Assembly: GCA_038231135.1 (NCBI GenBank)
Contig: JBBRLX010000001.1
Span: 128,001-192,000 of the forward strand
Origin: Candidatus Eiseniibacteriota bacterium
GTDB lineage: Bacteria > Eisenbacteria > RBG-16-71-46
Reading direction: 5' to 3'
Length of the DNA: 64,000 bases
In this document: positions 1 through 9,407 of the stretch, in pieces
Numbering within the stretch: position 1 is the first letter of the stretch
How the letters are laid out: every line of letters starts with the position of its first letter
Notes under the pieces: generated by a model
What the model saw: the letters and a program-made list of their open reading frames with translations, nothing else
What the model was told of the DNA's origin: nothing
Databases searched by the model: none
Translations under genes and position numbers: made by a program

Positions 1-1
1 C

Positions 2-877
2 CTCGCCGTCGAATCCGATGCGGTGCTGATCGGCGGCATGGGGGTGGTGATCGAGCGCCGCGCAGGATTCGAATGGATCCACGCGCTGCCCTGGCTGCTG
101 GGCGGTGCGCCGCTGGCGTCCGAGGGACACCATGCGCGCGTGGATGCGGCGTTCGCCCGTGGTCTCAAGGCGCTGATGCAGGAGCGTCGCGTGGTGGGCG
201 GCGAGTGGGTCGCGTGGCGCCCGGCCGGCGAACCGCCGGGCGCGCCGGCGATCGAGCGCGTGCCCGGCACGACCACGCGGGTCGCGACGGCGATCGTCGA
301 TCTCGCGGACGGCATCGACGGGGTGCGGGGCCGCGTCCGGCGCACCCGGCGCCAGTACCTGAACCGGGACAGCGACTCGCTGGTGTTCGCCGAGGACCCG
401 GGCGCGCTCGAGGAGGTGTACGTGCTCCACACCCGGCAGGCGCGCCACTGGGGCGGCTACCAGCCGTTGCCGCTCGAGCTGTCGCGGCGGCTGCTGGCGC
501 CGCCCGCGCCGCTCGGACGGCTGTTCACGATCCGCGAGCACGGCCGGCTGCTCGCGGGCACGCTGTTCCTCGACCATCCGCGCGAGTTGTTCGCGTGGTG
601 GAGCGGCGTCCACGCGCGCGCGCGCGGCCGTCACGTGTTCCCGCTGTTGCTGTGGCGCGCGGTCGAATGGGCGGCGGACCGCGGCCGCGCGCGCGTGAAT
701 CTCGGCGGCAGCGCGGGGCGGGCGTCGCTCGTCGCATTCAAGCAGGCGCTCGGCGCCACGGACCAGTCGTTCGACGTGCGCTGGCTCGCCGCGAACTACG
801 CGACCCCGCCCGGGCGCTGGATCGCGGCACTCCAGCGCCGGCGCCGCCGCGCGCGCGTGCAGGGGGACGCCCGGTGA
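2..877 (+). CDS. GNAT/FemAB-like acyltransferase, 5'-truncated by window edge
   Basis: Frame open from position 2; C-terminal 'LLWRAVEWAADRGRARVNLGGS...LVAFKQALGA' resembles FemAB/GNAT proteins of polysaccharide loci; stop overlaps next GTG (GTGA). Confidence 0.7.
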   Translation, partial: LAVESDAVLIGGMGVVIERRAGFEWIHALPWLLGGAPLASEGHHARVDAAFARGLKALMQERRVVGGEWVAWRPAGEPPGAPAIERVPGTTTRVATAIVDLADGIDGVRGRVRRTRRQYLNRDSDSLVFAEDPGALEEVYVLHTRQARHWGGYQPLPLELSRRLLAPPAPLGRLFTIREHGRLLAGTLFLDHPRELFAWWSGVHARARGRHVFPLLLWRAVEWAADRGRARVNLGGSAGRASLVAFKQALGATDQSFDVRWLAANYATPPGRWIAALQRRRRRARVQGDAR

Positions 878-1929
878 AGATCGCCACGCTCGGCAACGCC
901 GCCGTGATCCACACCCGGCGCTGGGCGGAGCACTTCCGATCGCGTGGCCACGACGTGCGGGTGTGGTCGCTCGAACGGCCGCCCGCGGGGTTCGATGCGC
1001 TGCCGCTGCCGCGGCTGCCGCTGCCGGGCGCGCTGCGCTATCCGCTCGCGGTCCCGGCACTCGCGACGGCGCTGGCGCAGTTCGCGCCCGACGTCGTGGA
1101 CGCGCACTTCGTTCCGAACTACGGCCTGATGGCCGCGCTGACCGGACGCCACCCGTTCTCGGTCACGGCGTGGGGCTCGGACCTGCTGCTGAACCCGGGT
1201 CGCGCGGCGCTGCAGCGCGCCCGCGCGCGCTACGTGCTGCGCCGCGCGGACCTGGTGCTGGCCGACAGCGGCAACCTCGCGGCGGCGGCGCTGGCGCTCG
1301 GCGCCGACCCGGAGCGCACGCATGCGATTCCCTGGGGGATCGAGCCGGCGCGGTTCCGCGACGCGCCGCCGCGTGAGCCCGGGCTGCTGTTCGGCGCGCG
1401 CATGCACGAGCCGGTCTACGACATCCCGTCGATCCTCGAGGGCGTGCGCCCGGTGCTCGCGTCGCGGCCGGGCACGCGGCTCGTGCTGGCCGGCGACGGT
1501 CCGCTGCGCGCCCGCCACGAGCAGCTCGCGCGCACGCTGCTGCCGACCGATCGCGTCGAGTTCACCGGCATGCTGGCGCCGCCGGCGCTCGCCGCGTGGC
1601 TCGGGCGTGCCGACGTGTACCTGTCGGCGTCGCATTCGGATTCGACCTCGGTGACGCTGCTCGAGGCGATGGCCGCGGGCGCGGTGCCGGTGGTGAGCGA
1701 CCTCGACGGCAATCGCGAATGGATCGTCGACGGCGACAACGGCCGGTTGTTTCCGGCCGGCGACGCCGCGGCGATGGGCCGCGCGATCGAGCGCGTGCTC
1801 GCGGATCCGGCGTGGGCAGCGGCCGCCCGCGAGCGCAACCGCCGGGTGATCGAGGAGCGCGGCGTGTGGGACACGAACATGCGGCGGATCGAGCAGTTGT
1901 TCGAGTCGCTGGCGGGGCGGCGCCCGTGA
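874..1929 (+). CDS. Glycosyltransferase family 4 (GT-B)
   Basis: GTG 874 coupled to upstream stop; 'AWGSDLL', 'DSTSVTLLEAMAAGAVPVVSD' GT4 motifs. Confidence 0.85.
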   Translation: MKIATLGNAAVIHTRRWAEHFRSRGHDVRVWSLERPPAGFDALPLPRLPLPGALRYPLAVPALATALAQFAPDVVDAHFVPNYGLMAALTGRHPFSVTAWGSDLLLNPGRAALQRARARYVLRRADLVLADSGNLAAAALALGADPERTHAIPWGIEPARFRDAPPREPGLLFGARMHEPVYDIPSILEGVRPVLASRPGTRLVLAGDGPLRARHEQLARTLLPTDRVEFTGMLAPPALAAWLGRADVYLSASHSDSTSVTLLEAMAAGAVPVVSDLDGNREWIVDGDNGRLFPAGDAAAMGRAIERVLADPAWAAAARERNRRVIEERGVWDTNMRRIEQLFESLAGRRP

Positions 1930-3221
1930 GCCGCCGCCGGGTGCTGGTGCTGAGCTACTTCTATCCGCCGCATGGCGGCGGGGGAGTGCATCGCGTGCTG
2001 GGATTCACCCGCCATCTGCCCGAGTACGGCTGGGACTGCACCGTGGTGTGCGGCGGCGCCGAGGACTTCTGGATCGTCGACGACCGCCTGCTCGAACGCG
2101 TGCCGCCCGGCACCCGGGTGGTGCGCGTGCCCGGCGGCACTCCGCTCGGCGCGTGGCTGCGCGTGCGCCGCCAGGCGCGCGGCACGCGGCCGCGCCAGGA
2201 GTTCGGCTGGCTCCGGCGGCTCGCGGATTTCTGGCTGGTGCCGGATCCCTATGTGCCGTGGGCGGCGCGCGGCCGCGCGGCCGCGGCGCGGCTGCTCGCG
2301 GGCGGCGGGTTCGACGCGCTGCTGTCGACGTCGCCGCCCGACAGCCTGCACCTCGCGGCGGCGGCGCTGCGCGGGCGGTTCCGGGTGCCGTGGGTGGCCG
2401 ACTTCCGCGATCCGTGGATGGGCCTGTACCATCGCCGTCCGCCGAGCGCATGGCACGCGCGGCGGCAGGCCGCACTCGAGCGGCGTGTGCTCGCGGGGGC
2501 GGATCTCGTGATCACCGCCTCGCGAACGCATGCCGGTATGCTGCAGTCGCGTCCGGATCCGCCGCGGCGCGTGCGGCACCTGCCGAACGGATTCGAACCC
2601 GACCCCGCGGCGCCGGCCGCGGAGTCCCACCCCGATCCGGGAGTGTTTCGCATCGTGTTCACCGGTACCCTGACCAAGATGCCCGACACGGAGGTCGTGC
2701 TCGAGGCGCTGCACGAGTTGCTCGCGCGGCGGCCGGAGGCACGGCGGCGCATCCGCGTCACGCTGGCGGGACCGTTCGACACCGGCTACCGCGACCGCGC
2801 CGTGTCGCTGGGGCTCACTCCCGGGATCGTGGCGTTCCCGGGCCCGCTGCCGCACGCCGAGTCGCGCGCGCTCCAGCGCGACGCCGACGTGCTGGTGATG
2901 TGGAAGATGGAACGCATGGAGGCGACGGTGCCCGGCAAGCTCTACGAATACCTCGACAGCGGCCGGCCGGTTGTCGGCCTGCTGGCGGCGGGGGACGAGG
3001 CGGCGGAACTGCTCGAGCGCGCCGGCGGCATCCGCGTCGACCCGGGCGACCGCGCCGAGCTGGCCCTGGTGCTGGATCGGATGTATGCCGCGTGGCAGGA
3101 GCGGGGCCGCACCGCCGCGGCACGCCCCGCATGGCTCGCGGCGCACACCCGCGCGAACCTCGCGCGCGAACTGGCGGGCGAGCTGGACACGCTCGTCGCG
3201 CCGGGCGAGCCGCCGCGATGA
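1926..3221 (+). CDS. Glycosyltransferase family 4
   Basis: 'YFYPPHGGGGVHR', 'WVADFRDPW', 'PGKLYEYLDSGRPV'; GTGA overlap. Confidence 0.85.
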   Translation: MSRRRVLVLSYFYPPHGGGGVHRVLGFTRHLPEYGWDCTVVCGGAEDFWIVDDRLLERVPPGTRVVRVPGGTPLGAWLRVRRQARGTRPRQEFGWLRRLADFWLVPDPYVPWAARGRAAAARLLAGGGFDALLSTSPPDSLHLAAAALRGRFRVPWVADFRDPWMGLYHRRPPSAWHARRQAALERRVLAGADLVITASRTHAGMLQSRPDPPRRVRHLPNGFEPDPAAPAAESHPDPGVFRIVFTGTLTKMPDTEVVLEALHELLARRPEARRRIRVTLAGPFDTGYRDRAVSLGLTPGIVAFPGPLPHAESRALQRDADVLVMWKMERMEATVPGKLYEYLDSGRPVVGLLAAGDEAAELLERAGGIRVDPGDRAELALVLDRMYAAWQERGRTAAARPAWLAAHTRANLARELAGELDTLVAPGEPPR

Positions 3222-4783
3222 CGCCGACGCTCCAGGCCCACGAGCCGGTGCTGCGCGTCGAGCGCATCGGCCTCGTGCTCGGACTCGTGACGGCGACGGT
3301 GCTGATGTGGCCGCTGCGTCACAACGTGACCGACGACGCGTTCATCCACCTCCAGTACGCGAAGCACCTGGCGCAGGGCCGCGGCCCGGTGTTCAACAAC
3401 GGCGAGCACGTGTACGGCTGCACGAGCCCGCTGTGGGCCGCGATGCTCGCCGACGCGATGGCGGTGGGCTGGAACGGCCTGATCTTCGGCCGCATCCTCG
3501 GATTCATCGCGACGCTCGCCACGATCCCGATGTTCCTGCAGCTGATGCGCCGCGGCGTGCGGCTGCCCGCGCTGCGCGGCTTCGCCACGCTCGCGTGGTC
3601 GGCCAACCCATGGATGCTGCAATGGTCCACGGCCGGCATGGAGACGCCGCTCGCCGTGGCGCTCACGCTCGCGGGGTTCGTCGCGTTCACCGAGGGCCGC
3701 AGCTGGGGGTCGCGCCCGGTGCGCACGGGGGCGTTGTGGGCGCTCGCGGCGCTCACGCGGCCCGAGGCGGTGTTCCTGCTCGCGCTGTGGGCGATCACGC
3801 TGCTCGTCGACACCAACAATCGCACCGGCCTCCGCCGCATGCTGTTCGGGCTGGTGCCGCCGGCGCTCATCTACGGCGCGTGGCTGCTGTTCGCGCGGTT
3901 CTTCTTCGGCACGTTCTGGCCGCGGTCGATTGCGATCCATCGCGTGGTGCCGCAGGGATTCGAGCCCGGCCGGTTCGGCGAGCAGTTGCGCATCGTGATG
4001 CAGACGGACGGCGTGCTGCTCGTCGTGATGGCGGCGGCGTTCGTGTTCGGAGGCCGCGCGCTCTGGGAGCGCCGCCCGCGCACCGCGCAGCATGCGCTGC
4101 CGTGGCTGTTCGTCCTCGGCATGCCGCTGCTGTACGTGGCGCGCGGGATCCCGCCCCGCTCGCGCTATCTCGTCGTGCTGCTGCCGGTGCTGGCGTGGCT
4201 CGCATGGCGTTCGGCGGACGCGTGGTGGCTCGGCAGCGAGACCGAGTCCAAGGCGCGGCGCACCCAGGCCACGGTATTCGGGTTCGCGGTGATGGCGCTG
4301 TCGCTGCTGCTCGATCTGGGCGTGTATCGCACGATGGTGCTGCCGGGCGTCCAGCAATCGACGGCGGCGCTGCACGGCAGCCTGATGCAATGGGGGAGCT
4401 GGTTCGGCCGCCACGCACCCGCCGACGCCGTGATCGCCAGCCGTGAAGTCGGGGCGCTCGGATTTCTCAGCGATCGCCGGGTGCTCGATACCACGAGCCT
4501 GATCTCGCCCGAGATGGAGCCCGTGCTCGCCGCGTCCGCCGATCCGGTGGCGCGGCTGGCATTCCCGCCGGGCTCGCGGCCAACGTACATCGTCGACCGC
4601 GCGTCGCGCGCGTTCGACCTCACCGCGCGCAGCCCGTATCGCGCGGCACTCACGCCGCTCGGTCATGCCACCGCCTATGTCACCGGAGCGCGCGTGGACT
4701 CGGTCTACACGTTCTACCGCGTGAATTGGGGTGTGTTCGACACGCTGCACATCGCGCCCCCGGAGCCATTCCCGGCGCGCTGA
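3218..4783 (+). CDS. Multi-pass membrane GT-C-type glycosyltransferase
   Basis: 'TDDAFIHLQYA...G.GPVFN.GE.V.G.TSPLW', 'GMETPL', 'LTRPEA'; many TM segments; ATGA overlap. Confidence 0.7.
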   Translation: MTPTLQAHEPVLRVERIGLVLGLVTATVLMWPLRHNVTDDAFIHLQYAKHLAQGRGPVFNNGEHVYGCTSPLWAAMLADAMAVGWNGLIFGRILGFIATLATIPMFLQLMRRGVRLPALRGFATLAWSANPWMLQWSTAGMETPLAVALTLAGFVAFTEGRSWGSRPVRTGALWALAALTRPEAVFLLALWAITLLVDTNNRTGLRRMLFGLVPPALIYGAWLLFARFFFGTFWPRSIAIHRVVPQGFEPGRFGEQLRIVMQTDGVLLVVMAAAFVFGGRALWERRPRTAQHALPWLFVLGMPLLYVARGIPPRSRYLVVLLPVLAWLAWRSADAWWLGSETESKARRTQATVFGFAVMALSLLLDLGVYRTMVLPGVQQSTAALHGSLMQWGSWFGRHAPADAVIASREVGALGFLSDRRVLDTTSLISPEMEPVLAASADPVARLAFPPGSRPTYIVDRASRAFDLTARSPYRAALTPLGHATAYVTGARVDSVYTFYRVNWGVFDTLHIAPPEPFPAR

Positions 4784-4850
4784 CCATGACTGCACGCACG
4801 TGCAGCGGGTCACGTGGCGAACAATTCGACCCGCCTTCCGACATTTTCGC

Positions 4851-4879
4851 TTGCGCCACTACCGACCCGAACCTATTGT
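4851..4879 (+). promoter_or_regulatory. Putative sigma70 promoter of the dcw operon
   Basis: TTGCGC-17 nt-TATTGT directly upstream of the MraZ repeats. Confidence 0.5.
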
Positions 4880-4886
4880 GCCGATA

Positions 4887-4930
4887 GTGGTGAAAAGTGG
4901 TGGTTCGTGGTGAAAATTGGGACCCCGTGG
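4887..4930 (+). promoter_or_regulatory. MraZ-binding direct repeats
   Basis: GTGG at 4887, 4897, 4907, TTGG at 4917, GTGG at 4927: exact 10-bp period upstream of mraZ. Confidence 0.85.
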
Positions 4931-4952
4931 TTCGCGCACGAAACGAGTGTCG

Positions 4953-5399
4953 ATGTCCTCCTTCCTCGGTACCGAGACCTATGCGATCGATCACAAGGGG
5001 CGCATCGCCATTCCTGCGGCGATGCGTCGCGACGGGCGCAAGCAGCCGTTGTCGTCGTTCGTGCTCGGCATGGGTCTCGACGGATGCCTCGCGCTCTACT
5101 CGCCCGAGGAATGGAAGCGGCTCGAGGACAAGCTGCGCCGGATCCCGATGGGTGGACGCAAGGGCCGCGCGTTTCGGCGGGCGTTCCTGATGAACGTCGT
5201 GAAGGTGTCGGTGGACGCGCAAGGACGCATCACCATTCCACCGGCGCTGATGAGCCATGCAGGACTCGGCAAGGAAGCCGTCCTGCATGGTCAATTGAAG
5301 TGCATCGAGATCTGGAATCCCGAGCGTCTGGCGGCCGAGCTGTCGCAGGCCCAGGATCAGCTCGAGTCGCTGGCCGAAGACGTCCTCAGGGAAGAGTAG
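4953..5399 (+). CDS. mraZ: dcw cluster transcriptional repressor MraZ
   Basis: Two AbrB-like motifs 'IDHKGRIAIP', 'VDAQGRITIP'; first gene of the dcw cluster. Confidence 0.95.
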   Translation: MSSFLGTETYAIDHKGRIAIPAAMRRDGRKQPLSSFVLGMGLDGCLALYSPEEWKRLEDKLRRIPMGGRKGRAFRRAFLMNVVKVSVDAQGRITIPPALMSHAGLGKEAVLHGQLKCIEIWNPERLAAELSQAQDQLESLAEDVLREE

Positions 5400-5406
5400 G
5401 CATCCC

Positions 5407-5835
5407 GTGTCCCTCGCAGACCTCGATGGCGCGCGCCTGGCGCTCGCCATCAACCTGGAACTCAGCCACGGTCGTCACGGCGCCTCGGCGCGCGTCGAGG
5501 TGCTCGAGCACGCCGGCCGCCACGTCGCGCGCGTGGGCCTGAGCGGCTGGGTCGAAGAGGTCGCGATGGGGCGGTTCGAGCACGCGGTGTCGGACCTCGA
5601 GGCGCGCGATGTCGACGGCCTGATCCTCGACTGCTCGCGGCTGCGTCACGTCGATGCGCGCAGCGTGCTGCGCCTCACGCGCGCGGTGGCGCCGTTCGCC
5701 GGGCGCCGCGAGGGCCTCGCGGTGCTCGGCCTGTCGGCGCGCCTGCGCGAGCGGCTGCGCTGGGTCGAGCCGGCGCAACCGCGCGCGGACCAGGAGCCGG
5801 TGCGGGCGGGGGACGGCCATGAGTGGGCGTCATGA
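5407..5835 (+). CDS. STAS-domain (anti-sigma antagonist-like) protein
   Basis: 'VGLSGWVE...LILDCSRLRHVDARSV..L...LAVLGLSARLRERL' follows the STAS pattern; fills the mraZ-rsmH gap. Confidence 0.6.
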   Translation: MSLADLDGARLALAINLELSHGRHGASARVEVLEHAGRHVARVGLSGWVEEVAMGRFEHAVSDLEARDVDGLILDCSRLRHVDARSVLRLTRAVAPFAGRREGLAVLGLSARLRERLRWVEPAQPRADQEPVRAGDGHEWAS

Positions 5836-6742
5836 GCCGGTGCTGCTCCGTGAGACGCTGCAGTTTCTCCGCCACGGCGCGGGTCTCTACCTCGACGCCA
5901 CGGTCGGCGATGGCGGCCATGCCGAAGCCCTGCTCGCCGCCGAGCCCTTTGCCCGCCTGCTCGCCGGGGATCGCGATCCCGCGGCACTCGCCGCGGCGCG
6001 CGCCCGGCTGCGCGCGTTCGAGGGTCGCGTGACGTTCGCGCACGCCACGTTTCGCGAGCTGCCCGCCGCGCACGCGCTCGCCGGCGGCGAGCCGTTCACG
6101 GGCGCGCTGCTCGACCTCGGGTTGTCGTCGCGCCAGATCGACGATCCGGCGCGCGGCATCAGCTTCATGGCGGATGGTCCGCTCGACCTGCGCATGGATC
6201 CGTCCCGCGGGACTCCCGCCCTGGAGCGGCTCGCGGACGCGGACGCGGGCGAAGTCGCGGACGCGCTGCGGCGCTTCGGCGACGTCGGCCCGGCGCCGCG
6301 GGTCGCGCGGGCGATCGTCGCGGCCGCGGCCGCGGGGCGGCTCGGCACCACGCGCGAGCTGGTGGCGGTGGTGGATCGGGCGTGGGGCGGCCGCCCGCAT
6401 CCGCGCAACCGCGCGCGCGTGTTCCAGGCACTGCGCATGTGGCTGAACGAGGAGACCGCGGAGCTCGAGGCGGCGATGGCGTGGCTGCCGGAGGCGATGA
6501 GCCCGGGCGGCGTGGTCGTGACGCTCGCGTATCACTCGGGCGAGGACCGGATCATCAAGCAGGCGCTGCGGGGCCATCGCGAGGTGGTGTCGAAGCAGCT
6601 GCCGGACATGCAGCGCGAGCCCGCAACGGGCCCGTGGGAGGAGCTCACCCGCCGGGTGGTCGTGCCGGCGGACGAGGAAATCGCCGCGAACCCGCGTGCG
6701 CGCAGCGCGCGGTTGCGGGCGTTTCGCAGGAGGCTGTCATGA
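5819..6742 (+). CDS. rsmH: 16S rRNA C1402 N4-methyltransferase RsmH (MraW)
   Basis: 'HEPVLLRE', 'DATVGDGGHA', 'DLGLSSRQID', 'NPRARSARLR'. Confidence 0.95.
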   Translation: MSGRHEPVLLRETLQFLRHGAGLYLDATVGDGGHAEALLAAEPFARLLAGDRDPAALAAARARLRAFEGRVTFAHATFRELPAAHALAGGEPFTGALLDLGLSSRQIDDPARGISFMADGPLDLRMDPSRGTPALERLADADAGEVADALRRFGDVGPAPRVARAIVAAAAAGRLGTTRELVAVVDRAWGGRPHPRNRARVFQALRMWLNEETAELEAAMAWLPEAMSPGGVVVTLAYHSGEDRIIKQALRGHREVVSKQLPDMQREPATGPWEELTRRVVVPADEEIAANPRARSARLRAFRRRLS

Positions 6743-7173
6743 GACCAGGGCTTCGAAACACCGACCCGTTCTGGCGCGTTCCCGAGACGCGCATCGTCCG
6801 CCCCGAGCTGTGGGCATTCGCGATCCTCGTCGTCGGTCTGCTGCTCGTGGAGGTCTGGCAGTCGTCGCGCATGACGGAACTCTGCCTGCAGCTCGACCGC
6901 TCGCGCGCCACGCTCACCCAGGAGCGCTCGCGCGCGGACTACGCGCGCGTGAAGCTCGACCGCGCGTGGACGCGCACCCAGCAGGAGCCGCTCGCGGCGC
7001 GGCTGGGGTTCCTGCCGATGACCGGCAGCCAGCAGATCGATCTGCCCGCGGGCTACCTCGCGGGTGACACGGAGCCGAAGGCCGGCGCGGAAACGTCACG
7101 GATGGCGTGGCTCGACCGGGTGGCTCATGCGTTGATCCCGGATGCCACCGCCCGGAGCCGCTCGGGCAGCTGA
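6739..7173 (+). CDS. FtsL-like cell division protein
   Basis: Between rsmH and ftsI; one TM followed by coiled coil ending 'AARLGF'. Confidence 0.6.
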   Translation: MRPGLRNTDPFWRVPETRIVRPELWAFAILVVGLLLVEVWQSSRMTELCLQLDRSRATLTQERSRADYARVKLDRAWTRTQQEPLAARLGFLPMTGSQQIDLPAGYLAGDTEPKAGAETSRMAWLDRVAHALIPDATARSRSGS

Positions 7174-7262
7174 GCATCAGGCCGGAGTGGGACCGGCCGC
7201 ACCATCGCACCGCGCACGTCGGGCCGACGGTTGGCGTGAACCGCCGTTCCAGGGAGGGAGCA

Positions 7263-9407
7263 GTGGCCCACAAGGAGACGCGCAGAATACGGGTGCTGGT
7301 GGCTGCGGCCGGTCTGTTGTTCGGATTCGGCCTGCTGTGGCTGCGCGTGGGCTGGCTGCAGATCGCGCAGCACGGCTACTACGTCGAACGCGCCGAGCAC
7401 AATCAGGAACGACGGGTGCCGCTGCGTGCCGCGCGCGGCGAGCTGCTCGACCGCTACGGACACCCGCTGGCGCGCGACCTCGTGACGTATTCGATCGCCG
7501 CCCAGCCGCGTGACATGAAGGACCCGCACGGCACCGCGCGCGACCTGGCGGCGACGCTGAAGCTCGACCCGCGCAAGCTCGAGCGCGAATTCCACGCCAA
7601 GCCGCACTTCCTGTGGGTGGCGCGCCGCGCCGATCCCGAGCAGGGCGTAGCGATCGCGTCGTGGAACCGCCCCGGCGTGCTGGTGTCGGCGGTGACCGAG
7701 CGCCAGTACCTGCTCGGCGACGCCGCCTGCGAGATCGTCGGCCGCACGAACCTCGACGGCGAAGGCATCGACGGCCTCGAGCTGCAGCTCGACGAGGACC
7801 TGCGCGGCCACTCCGGCTGGGAGACGCTGTTCCGCGACGGTCGCGGCCAGTCGCACGCGTTCCCCGGCGGCCTGCGCCGCACGGCCGAGGACGGCCAGTC
7901 GGTGGTGCTCACGATCGACGCGGATCTGCAGTCGAGCGCCGAGCTGCACCTGGCGCGCGCCGTGGACACGCTGCGCGCGCTGCGCGGCTTCGCTCTGTTC
8001 ATCGACCCGCGCACCGGCGAGGTGCTGGCGTCGGTGAACGTGCCGCACCTGCCGCCGGGCAGGGCGCGCAACTGGAACTTCACCGACCAGTACGAGCCTG
8101 GCTCCACGTTCAAGGTGGTGGCGGCGGGCGGCGCGCTGGAGGAGGGGCTCGCGCAGCCCGACCAGGTGTTCTCCGCGTCGGCCGACGGCAAGCTCGAGCT
8201 GGTGAAGGGCGCGGTGTTCCACGACACCCACAAGCACGCCTCGTACACATTTCGCGACGCGATCCGGTTCTCCAGCAACATCGTGATGGGCAAGCTCGGC
8301 ATGCTGCTCGGGCCCGAGCGGCTGTACCGGTACGCCACCACGCTGGGCTTCGGCGGCATCACCGGCGTGACGTTCCCCGGCGAGGCCGGCGGCAAGCTGC
8401 GCAGTCCCGAGCACTGGTCCGCGCGCTCGTGTCCGACCGTGGCGATCGGCCACGAGGTGTCGGTCACGCCGATCCAGCTCGCGCTCGCCTATGGCGCGAT
8501 CGCGAACGGTGGCATCCTGATGCAGCCGATGCTGATGCGCGAGATCCGGAACTCCGATGGCAGCGTGGCGCGGCGGTTCGAGCCGCACGCCACGCAGCGC
8601 GCGCTGGGTGCGCACACGACCGAGCTGCTGCGCTCCATGCTGGCCGCGGTCGTCGACAGCGGCACCGCGAAGGCGGCGCGCATTCCGGGACTCGAGATCG
8701 GCGGCAAGACCGGCACCGCGCAGAAGTACGACGCCGCGTTCGGCACCTATGCCCCGGGCAAGTACCTGTCGTCGTTCGTCGGCTTCGCGCCGGCCGCCAA
8801 CCCGACGCTGGTCGGCGTCGTGGTGATCGACGAACCGGGCGGCAAGCACTATTACGGCGGCGAAGTCGCGGCCCCGGTGTTCCGCGAGATCCTGCTCGAC
8901 CTGCAGCGGCTGTCGCGGCCCGAATTCCGCGGGTCGCAGGCGGAGGTCGCGGCGGCGCCCGTGGAGCCGGCGCCGGTCGTGGTGCCGGACCTCCACCTGC
9001 TGCCCGCCGCGGCCGCGACCCTCAGGCTGCGCGAGTTCGGGCTGCGCGCGCACTTCGAAGGCCAGGGGCCGCGCGTGCTGGCGCAGGAGCCATCCGCCGG
9101 CACCGAATCGGAGCGCGGCGGCGCGGTGACGCTATGGCTCGCCACGCCTGCGGACTCCGCGAGCCGGGTGCTGCCCGACGTCACGGCGCTGCCGGTGCGC
9201 GAGGCGCTGCGCCGGCTGGCGCGGCTCGAGGTGAAGGCGCACATCGAGGGCCGCGGCACGGTCGTGCGCCAGGAGCCGGCGGCGGGCACGCTGCTGCCCG
9301 TGACGCGCGGCTGCCGGCTGTGGTGCCAGGAGCTGGCCGCGCGCCCGGTGGCGGGGCCGGTGGCCGCAACTCCCGGCCCGGTGCGGCTCGCGGCGGGCAC
9401 GCCGTGA
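7263..9407 (+). CDS. ftsI: Class B penicillin-binding protein (FtsI) with two C-terminal PASTA-like domains
   Basis: SD GGGAGG; 'EPGSTFK' (SxxK), 'SSN', 'GKTGTAQ'; 'VVVPDL' and 'VLPDV' PASTA-like repeats. Confidence 0.9.
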   Translation: MAHKETRRIRVLVAAAGLLFGFGLLWLRVGWLQIAQHGYYVERAEHNQERRVPLRAARGELLDRYGHPLARDLVTYSIAAQPRDMKDPHGTARDLAATLKLDPRKLEREFHAKPHFLWVARRADPEQGVAIASWNRPGVLVSAVTERQYLLGDAACEIVGRTNLDGEGIDGLELQLDEDLRGHSGWETLFRDGRGQSHAFPGGLRRTAEDGQSVVLTIDADLQSSAELHLARAVDTLRALRGFALFIDPRTGEVLASVNVPHLPPGRARNWNFTDQYEPGSTFKVVAAGGALEEGLAQPDQVFSASADGKLELVKGAVFHDTHKHASYTFRDAIRFSSNIVMGKLGMLLGPERLYRYATTLGFGGITGVTFPGEAGGKLRSPEHWSARSCPTVAIGHEVSVTPIQLALAYGAIANGGILMQPMLMREIRNSDGSVARRFEPHATQRALGAHTTELLRSMLAAVVDSGTAKAARIPGLEIGGKTGTAQKYDAAFGTYAPGKYLSSFVGFAPAANPTLVGVVVIDEPGGKHYYGGEVAAPVFREILLDLQRLSRPEFRGSQAEVAAAPVEPAPVVVPDLHLLPAAAATLRLREFGLRAHFEGQGPRVLAQEPSAGTESERGGAVTLWLATPADSASRVLPDVTALPVREALRRLARLEVKAHIEGRGTVVRQEPAAGTLLPVTRGCRLWCQELAARPVAGPVAATPGPVRLAAGTP

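Noticed and set aside
4860..4887. GCCGATAG upstream of mraZ as a sigma28 -10
   Set aside because: No matching -35 at 15-16 nt; a sigma70 promoter explains the region.
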